Part shown: positions 38,498 to 52,200 of the stretch, piece after piece
How the letters are laid out: the number at the start of each line of letters is the position of its first letter
Numbering within the stretch: position 1 is the first letter of the stretch
Source of the DNA: Nemertoderma westbladi
Lineage: Eukaryota; Animalia; Xenacoelomorpha
Length of the DNA: 64,000 nucleotides
Direction: 5' to 3'
NCBI GenBank assembly: GCA_032718475.1
Contig: JAUCBJ010000633.1
Location: 59,983 to 123,982, forward strand
Notes under the pieces: generated by a model
Told to the model about the DNA's origin: nothing
The model's database searches: none
The model's input: the letters and a program-made list of their open reading frames with translations, nothing else
Program-made: the position numbers and the translations under genes

Positions 38498-41400
38498 CAT
38501 TCAGCTTACATTAGCAGAGTGAGATATTCCCATAGATTGCATTGGGAAGAGTAATTCAGCTGAGGCGATATTAGATTTCAAACTAAACCAACCAGTTAAT
38601 AATGTTTGCTTTGACAGAGAGTGGTGGCCTATACAAACAGTATGGGTGTACTGAGTATAATAATCTTGGCAACCTCATCGATTTATTACTAAGCCTTCTG
38701 TAGAAATGCATTACATAAGCCATTTTTCATCACGACACCAGCTGTCATGGGTGTTATTTTACCATTGCGCCTATGGCGTTTTTTCGTTTATGTCTATTTT
38801 TCGAGCCCACGGCTCATGGACAAAATAGCGGAACATTCCAGGGACCTTAGAATCGCGGTATCTAGCCGCTGTGAAAATTTCATCAAAATCGTTAGAGTAG
38901 TTTTGGCTGTAGATCAGCCAGCCAGCCAGCCAGCCAGCCACGAGCAATTCTTACAGTAATGAACCTCTCGGTTCCTAACTAGAGACGGCGTCAAGACGCC
39001 GTTAAGCAAGTCGGAAGTCGTCAATCAAAGGTAAGTTCCCTCAACAATGTTTACCTTTGTTCAGAAGGGAAGTGTTATTTATCTATGGTCAGAGAGAGAT
39101 CCCACTCTGTAAGTTGGCAATTGCTCAAATCCATTCAGCTGAATGACTCAGTAGAGTAAACTAAAGTAAATTCCCTCAGCCTCAACAATGTTTGCCTATG
39201 GTGTGAAGGGAATCTGACAGAGAATAATCTTAGCCACTAAATGTCATTCACCTAACAAAACATTTTGAATGCCACAGTGATTAACCCAATACAGATAATA
39301 AGCAGTTATTTTTATATTTCAAACTATAATGTTAGTGTAAGCCTTACAGAGTATCAGTATGAGGCTGAGTAAACATTCCGCCTTATAAGCATACAGCTTC
39401 CAATGTATTAATGTTTGCCAAAAGATTTAAAAATAAAATACAGTGCAATAGTACTCTGTAACCTACAGTCATTCAGCTTGCACTAAATATCAATCACCTA
39501 TAAAACATTTAAACATTTTGAATGCCACAGTGTGTAACCTGATACAGATAATAAGCAGTGATTTTTATGTTTTAAACTATAACGTTAGTGTTAGCCTTAC
39601 AGTGTATCAGTATGAAGCTGAGTAAACATTCGCCTTATAAGCATACAACCTCCAAAGTATTAATGTTGGACGAAAGATTTAAAAATAAAATAGAGTGCAG
39701 TACTGTAGTACTCTGTAACTAACAGTCATTCAGCTTGCACTAAATGTCAACCACCTATAAAACATTTTGAATGCCACAGTGATTATTAACCCAATACAGA
39801 TAATAATAAGTGATTTTTATATTTCAAACTATAATGTTAGTCTTAGCCTTACAGAGTATCAGTATAAGGCTGAGTAAACATTCCACCTTATAAGCATACA
39901 GCCTCCACAGTATTAATGTTGGCATTAATGTAGCCGATACACTGTATACCTAATAGTCATTCAGCAGGGGGAAGAGTTATTCAGCTGAGGCGGTAATAGA
40001 TTGCAAACTAAACCAACCAGTTGGCAGCCTCATCGATTTATACTAAGCCTGTGTAGAACCACAAACTAAATCAACCAGTTAATATTTGCTTTGACAGAGA
40101 GTGCAGGGCCTAAACAAACAGTATGGGTGTACTAAGTACAATAATCTTGGCAACCTCATCGATTTATACTAAGCCTTGTGTAGAAATGCATTACATAAGC
40201 CATTTTTCATCAGGACACCAGCTGTCATGGGTGTTATTTTACCATTGCGCCTATGGCGTTTTTTTCGTTTATCTCTATTTTTCGAGCCCAGAGGCTATGG
40301 ACGGAGTAGCCGATCATGCCAGGGACCTTAGAATCGCGGTATCTAGATGCTGTGAAAATTTCATCAAAATCGTTAGAGTAGTTTTGGCTGTAGATCAGCC
40401 AGCCAGCCAGCCAGTCAGCCAGCCAGCCAGCCAGTCAGTCAGTCAACAATTCTTACAGTAATCAAGTCTAACGACTTGCTAACTAGTGACGGGCCTAGCG
40501 GCCCGATAAGGAACCGACTTTTTATTTCAAATAAAAGAGACAACGAGAATTATTATAGAACTAATAATTATGTAAAAATACAATCATATTTCATACAATA
40601 ATTATTAATAAATTCGATCTATTATTAGTTACTCAATTCTAGAACAAAATCGACCTGCAACTAGTGAAGACCTCGTTTTGGAATTTCGAAACCACGCTGG
40701 TGCGATGCGCGATATCGTGTTTAGTTAATAAATTGAAAACTCCATCAATTCATGTGCAACCAGTAATAAGAAATCGCGATAAATGTAATTAAATAAAAAT
40801 TATTCTAGAAAAATTTTCCTCAAAAAGTATGAAGTCTTGGCGTTGGTGACGCGAAACTAGGCTAGTGAGATTCAGGATATTGCGTTTAATATCAAAATCG
40901 AAAACGCTATCGAATTCCATAAAGGCGTTAATAAAATACTGCAACTTTTTTGAAATTTGTAAAATTCTAGAACTGGAAAAAATTAACTTTTGAACGGCGC
41001 TGTTTGGGGTTTGGAAACATGGATAGGCTGAAAGAGGACATCGAATTAAGTTGAAAAATGAAAACCCCATCGAATTTGGACAAAGCGTTCCGGAGTTATA
41101 GCGGATCGAAAAAAATTGACCCCCCCCCAGTCGCCAAAAATTTACAGTAATTTAAAATTTTGCAAAAAAAATTTTTTGCGTTATTTTTGATGGCGAATCG
41201 ATTGGCAGTACTGGCTACGAAAAAATTTTTTTTGAAATTTTTGGTCAGAAAAAAAAACATGGAAAAAGTATATTTTTAAAAAGATTTGATGTCTTTGCCT
41301 ATGGTCAGAGAATGATCCAACTCTGTAACTTGGCAATCGCTCAAATCCATTCAGCTGAATGGCACAGTAGAGTAAACTAAAGTAAATTCCCTATACAATG

Positions 41401-44400
41401 TTCTGAAGGGGTGACTGACAGAGTAATCCAACCTTAGTATACCTACTTTTTAGTTACCTTAGTATATCTAAAAATTCATTCACCTGAAGTATGGGTAACA
41501 TTATAAATTCGTTTTTCGCACAGTAGAGTTAACTAAGCAAATACCCTCCAGGTTGACTGAATGATTTTATTAATGTTTGCCATGCATAATGTACTATATT
41601 TGGGTCCCATGACCCACCCCATTGAACAGCTTTGCTTACATCTGATAGAAAGTAATCCCAAATTAACTTCCCTCTACGAAAATTATTTTAATTAAATACA
41701 TACAACATAGCAGCAGTCAACTCTGCTATCAACAGTACACAATAACTAAAATGGCATTCAGCTTACCAGCTATTCGCATTAAGCTAATAGATATTCGATT
41801 TCATTGGATTCAGTGAGTGTGTGAGGGCTATTGGGAGAGCAATCAGCTTATGATGTAATACATTAGAATCCCACAGCTTTTGTTTGCTTACTGTCTGAGT
41901 TGTAGAGTGAGGATAATACTTGGCAGAGAAAGCATTTCCTTGTTAGGTGGCCATTCCTATAGAATAGCATTACTAGGCCATCTCTATGCATTTTTCATGA
42001 GTGCCAGCTGGTGTTTTTATCATTGCGCCTATGGCGTTTTTTCGTTTATGTCTATTTTTCGAGCCCACGGCTCATGGACAAAATAGCGGAACATTCCAGG
42101 GACCTTAGAATCGCGGTATCTAGCCGCTGTGAAAATTTCATCAAAATCGTTAGAGTAGTTTTGGCTGTAGATCAGTCAGTCAGTCAGCCAGTCAGCCAGT
42201 CAGTCAACAATTCTTACAGTAATGAACCTCTCGGTTCGAGATTCAGGATATTGCGTTTAATATAAAAATCGAAAACGCTATCAAATTCCGTAAAGGCGTT
42301 AATAAAATACTGCAACTTTTTTGAAATTTGTAAAATTCTAGAACTAGAAAAAATTAATTTTTGAACGGTGCTGTTTGGGGTTTCGAAAAATGGATAGGCT
42401 GAAAGAGGACGTCGAATTAAGTTGAACAATAAAAACCCCATCGAATTTGGACAAAGCGTTCCGGAGTTATAGCGGATCCAAAAAAATTGACCCCCCCCCC
42501 CAGTCGCCAAAAATTTACAGTAATTTAAAATTTTGCAAAAAAAAATTTTTGCGTTATTTTTGATGGCGAATCGATTGGCAGTACTGGCTACAAAAATATT
42601 TTTTTGAAATTTTTGGTCAGAAAAAAAACATGGAAAAAGTATCTTTTTAAAAAGATTTGATGTCTTTGCCTCTGGTCAGAGAATGATCCAACTCTGTAAC
42701 TTGGCAATTGCTCAAATCCATTCAGCTGAATGGCACAGTAGAGTAAACTAAACTAAATTCCCTATACAATGTTCTGAAGGGGAGACTGACAGAGAGTAAT
42801 CCAACAATAAAACATTTTGCAATAATGTTGGTCTTAGCCTTACAGAGTATCAGTATAAGGCTGAGTAAACATTCCACCTTATAAGCATACAGCCTCCACA
42901 GTATTAATGTTGGCATTATTATAAGCATACAGCCTCCACAGTATTAATGTTGGCATTAATGTAGCCGATACACTGTATACCTAATAGTCATTCAGCAGGG
43001 GGAAGAGTTATTCAGCTGAGGCGGTAATAGATTGCAAACTAAACCAACCAGTTGGCAGCGTCATCGATTTATACTAAGCCTGTGTAGAACCACAAACTAA
43101 ATCAACCAGTTAATATTTGCTTTGACAGAGAGTGCAGGGCCTAAACAAACAGTATGGGTGTACTAAGTATAATATTCTTGGCAACCTCATCGATTTATTA
43201 CTAAGCCTTGTGTAGAAATGCATTACATAAACCATTTTTCATCAGGACACCAGCTGTCATTGGTGTTATTTTACCATTGCGCCTATGGCGTTTTTTCGTT
43301 TATGTCTATTTTTCGAGCTCACGGCTCATGGACGAAATAGCGGAACATACCAGGGACCTTAGAATCGCGGTATCTAGATGCTGTGAAAATTTCATCAAAA
43401 TCGTTAGAGTAGTTTTGGCTGTAGATCAGTCAGCCAGCCAGTCAGTCAGCCAGTCAATCAGCAAACAATTCTTACAGTAATGAACCTCTCGGTTCCTAAC
43501 TAGAGACGGCGTCAAGACGCCGTTAAGCAAGTCGGAAGTCGTCAATCAAAGGTAAGTTCCCTCAACAATGTTTACCTTTGTTCAGAAGGGAAGTGTTATT
43601 TATCTATGGTCAGAGAGAGATCCCACTCTGTAAGTTGGCAATTGCTCAAATCCATTCAGCTGAATGACTCAGTAGAGTAAACTAAAGTAAATTCCCTCAG
43701 CCTCAACAATGTTTGCCTATGGTGTGAAGGGAATCTGACAGAGAATAATCTTAGCCACTAAATGTCATTCACCTAACAAAACATTTTGAATGCCACAGTG
43801 ATTAACCCAATACAGATAATAAGCAGTTATTTTTATATTTCAAACTATAATGTTAGTGTAAGCCTTACAGAGTATCAGTATGAGGCTGAGTAAACATTCC
43901 GCCTTATAAGCATACAGCTTCCAATGTATTAATGTTTGCCAAAAGATTTAAAAATAAAATACAGTGCAATAGTACTCTGTAACCTACAGTCATTCAGCTT
44001 GCACTAAATATCAATCACCTATAAAACATTTAAACATTTTGAATGCCACAGTGTGTAACCTGATACAGATAATAAGCAGTGATTTTTATGTTTTAAACTA
44101 TAACGTTAGTGTTAGCCTTACAGTGTATCAGTATGAAGCTGAGTAAACATTCGCCTTATAAGCATACAACCTCCAAAGTATTAATGTTGGACGAAAGATT
44201 TAAAAATAAAATAGAGTGCAGTACTGTAGTACTCTGTAACTAACAGTCATTCAGCTTGCACTAAATGTCAACCACCTATAAAACATTTTGAATGCCACAG
44301 TGATTATTAACCCAATACAGATAATAATAAGTGATTTTTATATTTCAAACTATAATGTTAGTCTTAGCCTTACAGAGTATCAGTATAAGGCTGAGTAAAC

Positions 44401-46140
44401 ATTCCACCTTATAAGCATACAGCCTCCACAGTATTAATGTTGGCATTAATGTAGCCGATACACTGTATACCTAATAGTCATTCAGCAGGGGGAAGAGTTA
44501 TTCAGCTGAGGCGGTAATAGATTGCAAACTAAACCAACCAGTTGGCAGCCTCATCGATTTATACTAAGCCTGTGTAGAACCACAAACTAAATCAACCAGT
44601 TAATATTTGCTTTGACAGAGAGTGCAGGGCCTAAACAAACAGTATGGGTGTACTGAGTACAATAATCTTGGCAACCTCATCGATTTATACTAAGCCTTGT
44701 GTAGAAATGCATTACATAAGCCATTTTTCATCAGGACACCAGCTGTCATGGGTGTTATTTTTTTACCATTGCGCCTATGGCGTTGTTTTCGTTTATCTCT
44801 ATTTTTCGAGCCCAGAGGCTATGGACGGAGTAGCCGATCATGCCAGGGACCTTAGAATCGCGGTATCTAGATGCTGTGAAAATTTCATCAAAATCGTTAG
44901 AGCAGTTTTGGCTGTAGATCAGCCAGTCAGTCAGCCAGTCAGTCAGCCAGTCAGTCAGCCAGTCAGCTAACAATTCTTACAGTAATCAAGTCTAACGACT
45001 TGCTAACTAGTGACGGGCCTAGCGGCCCGATAAGGAACCGACTTTTTATTTCAAATAAAAGAGACAACGAGCTCGGGTCAGTCTGGCACGATTGGGCTCG
45101 ATTCAGTTCGACTTGGTTTGATCGGCTCGGTTTGGCTCGATTGGGCTCGACTCGACTTGATTGGGCTCGACTCGACTCAGCTCGATTCGTCTCAATCGCT
45201 TCATTGGGCTCGACTTAGCTTGGTCCGGCTCGACTCGGCTTGATTGGTCTCGACTCGGCTCGATTGGGCTCGAATCGGCTCGATTGGGATTGATTGGGCT
45301 TGACTCGGCTCGATTTAGCTCAACTTGGCTCAGTCCGGCTCGACTGGGCTCGGTCCAGCTCAATTGGGCTCGACTAGGCTTGATTGGGCTCGACTCGGCT
45401 CTATTGGGCTCGACTCGATTCGATTGGGCTTAACTCGGCTCAGTCTGGCTCGACTCGGCTTGATTAGACTCAACTCGGCTCCATGCAGATCGACTCGGCT
45501 TGATTGGGCTCGATTCAGCTTGATTGGTCTCGACTCGACTCAGTCCGGCTCAATTTGGCGTGACACGGCTCGACTCGGCTCGATTGGGCTCGGCTCGGTC
45601 TGAGTCGACTCAACACGATTTGGCTCAATCGATTCGATTTGGCTCAACTTGGCTCGATTGGGCTCGACTTGGCTCGGTCCGGCTCAATTGGGCTCGACTC
45701 GGCTCTATTGGGCTCGACTCGACTCAATTGGGCTTTACTCGGCTCAGTCTGGCTCGACTCGGCTTGATTGGGCTCAACTCGGCTCCGTTCGGCTTGACTC
45801 GGCTCGATTGGGCTCGATTGGGCTCGATTCTGCTTCATCGCCTCGATTGGTTCTATTCGGCTCGATCGGTATGAATCAGCTCGATTGACACATGCTGCTG
45901 GAAGGGTCAAAGCCAAACTCACGTGCTGCTCGAAGGGACAAAGTCAAACAGTGTGTCTATTATTTGATGTAACTCACGTGCTGCTCGAAGGGCGCAACAT
46001 CATATATCAAGGGTCAAAGCAAAACTCACGTGCTGCTCGAAGGGACAAAGTCAAACATTGTGTCTAATATTTGATTAACTCACGTGCTGCTCGAAGGGCA
46101 CAACTACATATATCGAAACAAGCCCGTCTTGTATTTTAAT

Positions 46141-46254
46141 AATAATATAATAATATACACTCCCCAACGGGGTAAATGAAATTCTATAAAATCATATTAT
46201 TATTTTATCAATAAAATAGATATAAAATAAAAATAAAAATAAAAATAAATCAAT
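46141..46254 (+). mobile_element. 114-bp AT-rich insertion with a 12-bp target-site duplication
   Basis: ttgtattttaat at 46129-46140 and 46255-46266; (TAAAAA)n near its 3' end; absent from sister units. Confidence 0.65.
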
Positions 46255-49200
46255 TTGTATTTTAATTATATCAGAAATCGTTGCCATGCATAATGTACTA
46301 TATTTGGGTCCCATGACCCACCCCATTGAACAGCTTTGCTTACATCTGATAGAGAGTAATCCCAAATTAACTACCCTCTACGAAAATTATTTTAATTAAA
46401 TACATGCAACATAGCAGTCTACTCTAGAGTCAACAGTAGTAGGCCTACACAATAACTAAAATGGCATTCAGCTTACCAGCTATTCGCATTAAGCTAATAG
46501 ATATTCGATTTCATTGGATTCAGTGAGTGTGGGAGGGCTATTGGGAGAGCAATCAGCTTATGATGTAATACATTAGAATCCCATGGCTTTTGTTTGCTTA
46601 CTGTCTGAGTTGTAGAGTGAGGATAATACTTGGCAGAGAAAGCATTTCCTTGTTAGGTGGCCATTCCTATAGAATAGCATTACTAGGCTATCTCTATCCA
46701 TTTTTCATGAGTGCCAGCTGGTGTTTTTATCATTGCGCCTATGGCGTTTTTTCGTTTATGTCCATTTTTCGAGCCCACGGCTCATGGACGAAATAGCGGA
46801 ACATACCAGGGACCTTAGAATCGCGGTATCTAGCCGCTGTGAAAATTTCATCAAAATCGTTAGAGTAGTTTTGGTTGTAGATCAGTCAGCCAGCCAGCCA
46901 GTCAGTCAGTCAGTCACGAGCAATTCTTACAGTAATGAACCTCTCGGTTCCTAACTAGTGACGGGCCTAGCGGCCCGATAAGGAACCGACTTTTTATTTT
47001 AAATAAAAGAGACAACGAGAATTAGTATAGAACTAATCGTTATGTAAAAATACAATCATATTTCATACAATAATTATTAATAAATTCAATCTATTATTAG
47101 TTGCTCAATTCTACAACAAAATCGACCTGCAACTAGTGAAGACCTCGTTTTGGAATTTCGAAACCACGCTGGTGCGATGCGCGATTTCGTGTTTAGTTAA
47201 TAAAGTGAAAACTCCATCAATTCATGTGCAACCAGTAATAAGAAATCACTATAAATGTAATTAATTAAAAATTATTCTAGAAAAATTTTCCTCAAAAAGT
47301 ATGAAGTCTTGGCATTGGTGACGCGAAACTAGGCTAGTGAGATTCAGGATATTGCGTTTAATATAAAAATCGAAAACGCTATCGAATTCCGTAAAGGCGT
47401 TAATAAAATACTGCAACTTTTTTGAAATTTGTAAAATTCTAGAACTAGAAAAAAATAATTTTTGAACGGCGCTGTTTGGGGTTTCAAAACATGGATAGGC
47501 TGAAAGAGGACATCGAATTAAGTTTAAAAATGAAAACCCCATCGAATTTGGACAATGCGTTCAGGAGTTATAGCGGATCGAAAAAAAATTTACCCTCCCC
47601 AGTCGCCAAAAATTTACAGTAATTTAAAATTTTGCAAAAAAAATTTTTTGCGTTATTTTTGATGGCGAATCGATTGGCAGTACTGGCTACGAAAATTTTT
47701 TTTTGAAATTTTTGGTCAGAAAAAAAAACATGGAAAAAGTATATTTTTAAAAAGATTTGATGTCTTTGCCTATGGTCAGAGAATGATCCAACTCTGTACT
47801 TGGCAATCGCTCAAATCCATTCAGCTGAATGGCACAGTAGAGTAAACTAAAGTAAATTCCCTATACAATGTTCTGAAGGGGAGACTGACAGAGAGTATTC
47901 CAACAATAAAACATTTTGCAATAATGTTGGCATTAATGTAGCCAACACACTGTGTACTTAAGTCATTCAGCTTACATTAGCAGAGTGAGATATTCGCATA
48001 GAACGCATTGGGAAGAGTAATTCAGCTGAGGCGATATTAGATTTCAAACTAAACCAACGAGTTAATGTTTGCTTTGACAGAGAGTGGTGGCCTATACAAA
48101 CAGTATGGGTGTACTGAGTATAATAATCTTGGCAACCTCATCGATTTATTACTAAGCCTTCTGTAGAAATGCATTACATAAGCCATTTTTCATCATGACA
48201 CCAGCTGTCATTGGTGTTATTTTACCATTGCGCCTATGGCGTTTTTTCGTTTATGTCCATTTTTCGAGCCCACAGCTCATGGACGAAATAGCGGAACATA
48301 CCAGGGACCTTAGAATCGCGGTATCTAGCCGCTGTGAAAATTTCATCAAAATCGTTAGAGTAGTTTTGGCTGTAGATCAGTCAGTCAGCCAGCCAGCCAG
48401 TCAGTCACGAGCAATTCTTACAGTAATGAACCTCTCGGTTCCTAACTAGAGACGGCGTCAAGACGCCGTTAAGCAAGTCGGAAGTCATCAATCAAATGTA
48501 AATTCCATCAACAAGCTGTCATTGGTGTTATTTTACCATTGCGCCTATGGCGTTTTTTCGTTTATGTCTATTTTTCGAGCCCACGGCTCATGGACGAAAT
48601 AGCGGAACATACCAGGGACCTTAGAATCGCGGTATCTAGCCGCTGTGAAAATTTCATCAAAATCGTTAGAGTAGTTTTGGCTGTAGATCAGCCAGTCAGC
48701 CAGCCAGCCAGCCAGTCAATCAGCCAACAATTCTTACAGTAATCAAGTCCTACGACTTGCTAACTAGTGACGGGCCTAGTGGCCCGATAAGGAACCGACT
48801 TTTTATTTTAATTAAAAGAGACAACGAGAATTAGTATAGAACTAATAATTATGTAAAAATACAATCATATTTCATACTATAATTATTAATAAATTTGATC
48901 TATTATTAGTTGCTCAATTCTAGAACAAAATCGACCTGCAACTAGTGAAGACCTCGTTTTGGAATTTCGTAACCACGCTGGTGCGATGCGCGATATCGTG
49001 TTTGGTTAATAAATTGAAAACTCCATCAGTTCATGTGCAACCAGTAATAAGAAATCGCGATAAATGTAATTAAATAAAAATTAATCTAGAAAAATTTTCC
49101 TCAAAAAGTATGAAGTCTTGGCATTGGTGACGCGAAACTAGGCTATTGAGATTCAGGATATTGCGTTTAAAAATCGAAAACGCTATCGAATTCCGTAAAG

Positions 49201-52200
49201 GCGTTAATAAAATACTGCAACTTTTTTTAAATTTGTAAAATTCTAGAACTAGAAAAAATTAATTTTTGAACGGCGCTGTTTGGGGTTTCGAAACATGGAT
49301 AGGCTGAAAGAGGACATCGAATTAAGTTGAAAAATGAAAACCCCATCGAATTTGGACAAAGCGTTCCGGAGTTATAGCGGATCGAAAAAATTGACCCCCC
49401 CCCCCCAGTCGCCAAAAATTTACAGTAATTTAAAATTTTGCAAAAAAAATTTTTTGCGTTATTTTTGATGGCGAATCGATTGGCAGTACTGGCTACGAAA
49501 AATTTTTTTTTGAAATTTTAGGTCAGAAAAAAAAACATGGAAAAAGTATATTTTTAAAAAGATTTCATGTCTTTGCATATGGTCAGAGAATGATCCAACT
49601 CTGTAACTTGGCAATCGCTCAAATCCATTCAGCTGAATGGCACAGTAGAGTAAACTAAAGTAAATTCCCAATACAATGTTCTGAAGGGGAGACTGACAGA
49701 GAGTAATCCAACAATAAAACACTTTGCAATAATGTTGGCATTAATGTAGCCAAGAAGTGATTTTTATATTTCAAACTATAATGTTAGTATTAGCCTTACA
49801 GAGTATCAGTATAAGGCTGAGTAAACATTCCACCTTATAAGCATACAGCCTCCACAGTATTAATGTTGGCATTAATGTAGCCAATACACTGTATACCTAA
49901 TAGTCATTCAGCAGGGGGAAGTGTTATTCAGCTGAGGCGGTAATAGATTGCAAACTAAACCAACCAGTTGGCAGCCTCATCGATTTATACTAAGCCTGTG
50001 TAGAACCACAAACTAAATCAACCAGTTAATATTTGCTTTGACAGAGTATCCTAGGGCCTAAACAAACAGTATGGGTGTACTAAGTATAATACTCTTGGCA
50101 ACCTCATCTATTTAATACTAAGCCTTGTGTAGAATTGCATTACATAAGCCATTTTTCATCAGGACACCAGCTGTCATGGGTGTTATTTTACCATTGCGCC
50201 TATGGCGTTTTTTTCGTTTATCTCTATTTTTCGAGCCCAGAGGCTATGGACGGAGTAGCCGATCATGCCAGGGACCTTAGAATCGCGGTATCTAGATGCT
50301 GTGAAAATTTCATCAAAATCGTTAGAGTAGTTTTGGCTGTAGATCAGCCAGTCAGCCAGCCAGCCAGCCAGTCAATCAGCCAACAATTCTTACAGTAATC
50401 AAGTCCTACGACTTGCTAACTAGTGACGGGCCTAGTGGCCCGATAAGGAACCGACTTTTTATTTTAATTAAAAGAGACAACGAGAATTAGTATAGAACTA
50501 ATAATTATGTAAAAATACAATCATATTTCATACTATAATTATTAATAAATTTGATCTATTATTAGTTGCTCAATTCTAGAACAAAATCGACCTGCAACTA
50601 GTGAAGACCTCGTTTTGGAATTTCGTAACCACGCTGGTGCGATGCGCGATATCGTGTTTGGTTAATAAATTGAAAACTCCATCAGTTCATGTGCAACCAG
50701 TAATAAGAAATCGCGATAAATGTAATTAAATAAAAATTAATCTAGAAAAATTTTCCTCAAAAAGTATGAAGTCTTGGCATTGGTGACGCGAAACTAGGCT
50801 ATTGAGATTCAGGATATTGCGTTTAAAAATCGAAAACGCTATCGAATTCCGTAAAGGCGTTAATAAAATACTGCAACTTTTTTTAAATTTGTAAAATTCT
50901 AGAACTAGAAAAAATTAATTTTTGAACGGCGCTGTTTGGGGTTTCGAAACATGGATAGGCTGAAAGAGGACATCGAATTAAGTTGAAAAATGAAAACCCC
51001 ATCGAATTTGGACAAAGCGTTCCGGAGTTATAGCGGATCGAAAAAATTGACCCCCCCCCCCCAGTCGCCAAAAATTTACAGTAATTTAAAATTTTGCAAA
51101 AAAAATTTTTTGCGTTATTTTTGATGGCGAATCGATTGGCAGTACTGGCTACGAAAAATTTTTTTTTGAAATTTTAGGTCAGAAAAAAAAACATGGAAAA
51201 AGTATATTTTTAAAAAGATTTCATGTCTTTGCATATGGTCAGAGAATGATCCAACTCTGTAACTTGGCAATCGCTCAAATCCATTCAGCTGAATGGCACA
51301 GTAGAGTAAACTAAAGTAAATTCCCAATACAATGTTCTGAAGGGGAGACTGACAGAGAGTAATCCAACAATAAAACACTTTGCAATAATGTTGGCATTAA
51401 TGTAGCCAAGAAGTGATTTTTATATTTCAAACTATAATGTTAGTATTAGCCTTACAGAGTATCAGTATAAGGCTGAGTAAACATTCCACCTTATAAGCAT
51501 ACAGCCTCCACAGTATTAATGTTGGCATTAATGTAGCCAATACACTGTATACCTAATAGTCATTCAGCAGGGGGAAGTGTTATTCAGCTGAGGCGGTAAT
51601 AGATTGCAAACTAAACCAACCAGTTGGCAGCCTCATCGATTTATACTAAGCCTGTGTAGAACCACAAACTAAATCAACCAGTTAATATTTGCTTTGACAG
51701 AGTATCCTAGGGCCTAAACAAACAGTATGGGTGTACTAAGTATAATACTCTTGGCAACCTCATCTATTTAATACTAAGCCTTGTGTAGAATTGCATTACA
51801 TAAGCCATTTTTCATCAGGACACCAGCTGTCATGGGTGTTATTTTACCATTGCGCCTATGGCGTTTTTTTCGTTTATCTCTATTTTTCGAGCCCAGAGGC
51901 TATGGACGGAGTAGCCGATCATGCCAGGGACCTTAGAATCGCGGTATCTAGATGCTGTGAAAATTTCATCAAAATCGTTAGAGTAGTTTTGGCTGTAGAT
52001 CAGCCAGCCAGCCAGCCAGCCAGTCAGCCAGCCAGCCAGTCAGTCAGTCAACAATTCTTACAGTAATGAACCTCTCGGTTCCTAACTAGTGACGGGCCTA
52101 GCGGCCCGATAAGGAACCGACTTTTTATTTTAAATAAAAGAGACAACAAGAATTAGTATAGAACTAATAATTATGTAAAAATATACAATCATATTTCATA

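Noticed and set aside
15446-52066. Recurrent short ORFs (MRLWRFFVYVYFSS..., MGFSFFNLIRCP...) as a multigene family
   Set aside because: They translate the non-coding HINE core and body, vary by frameshifting indels, and show no Rep or helicase motifs.
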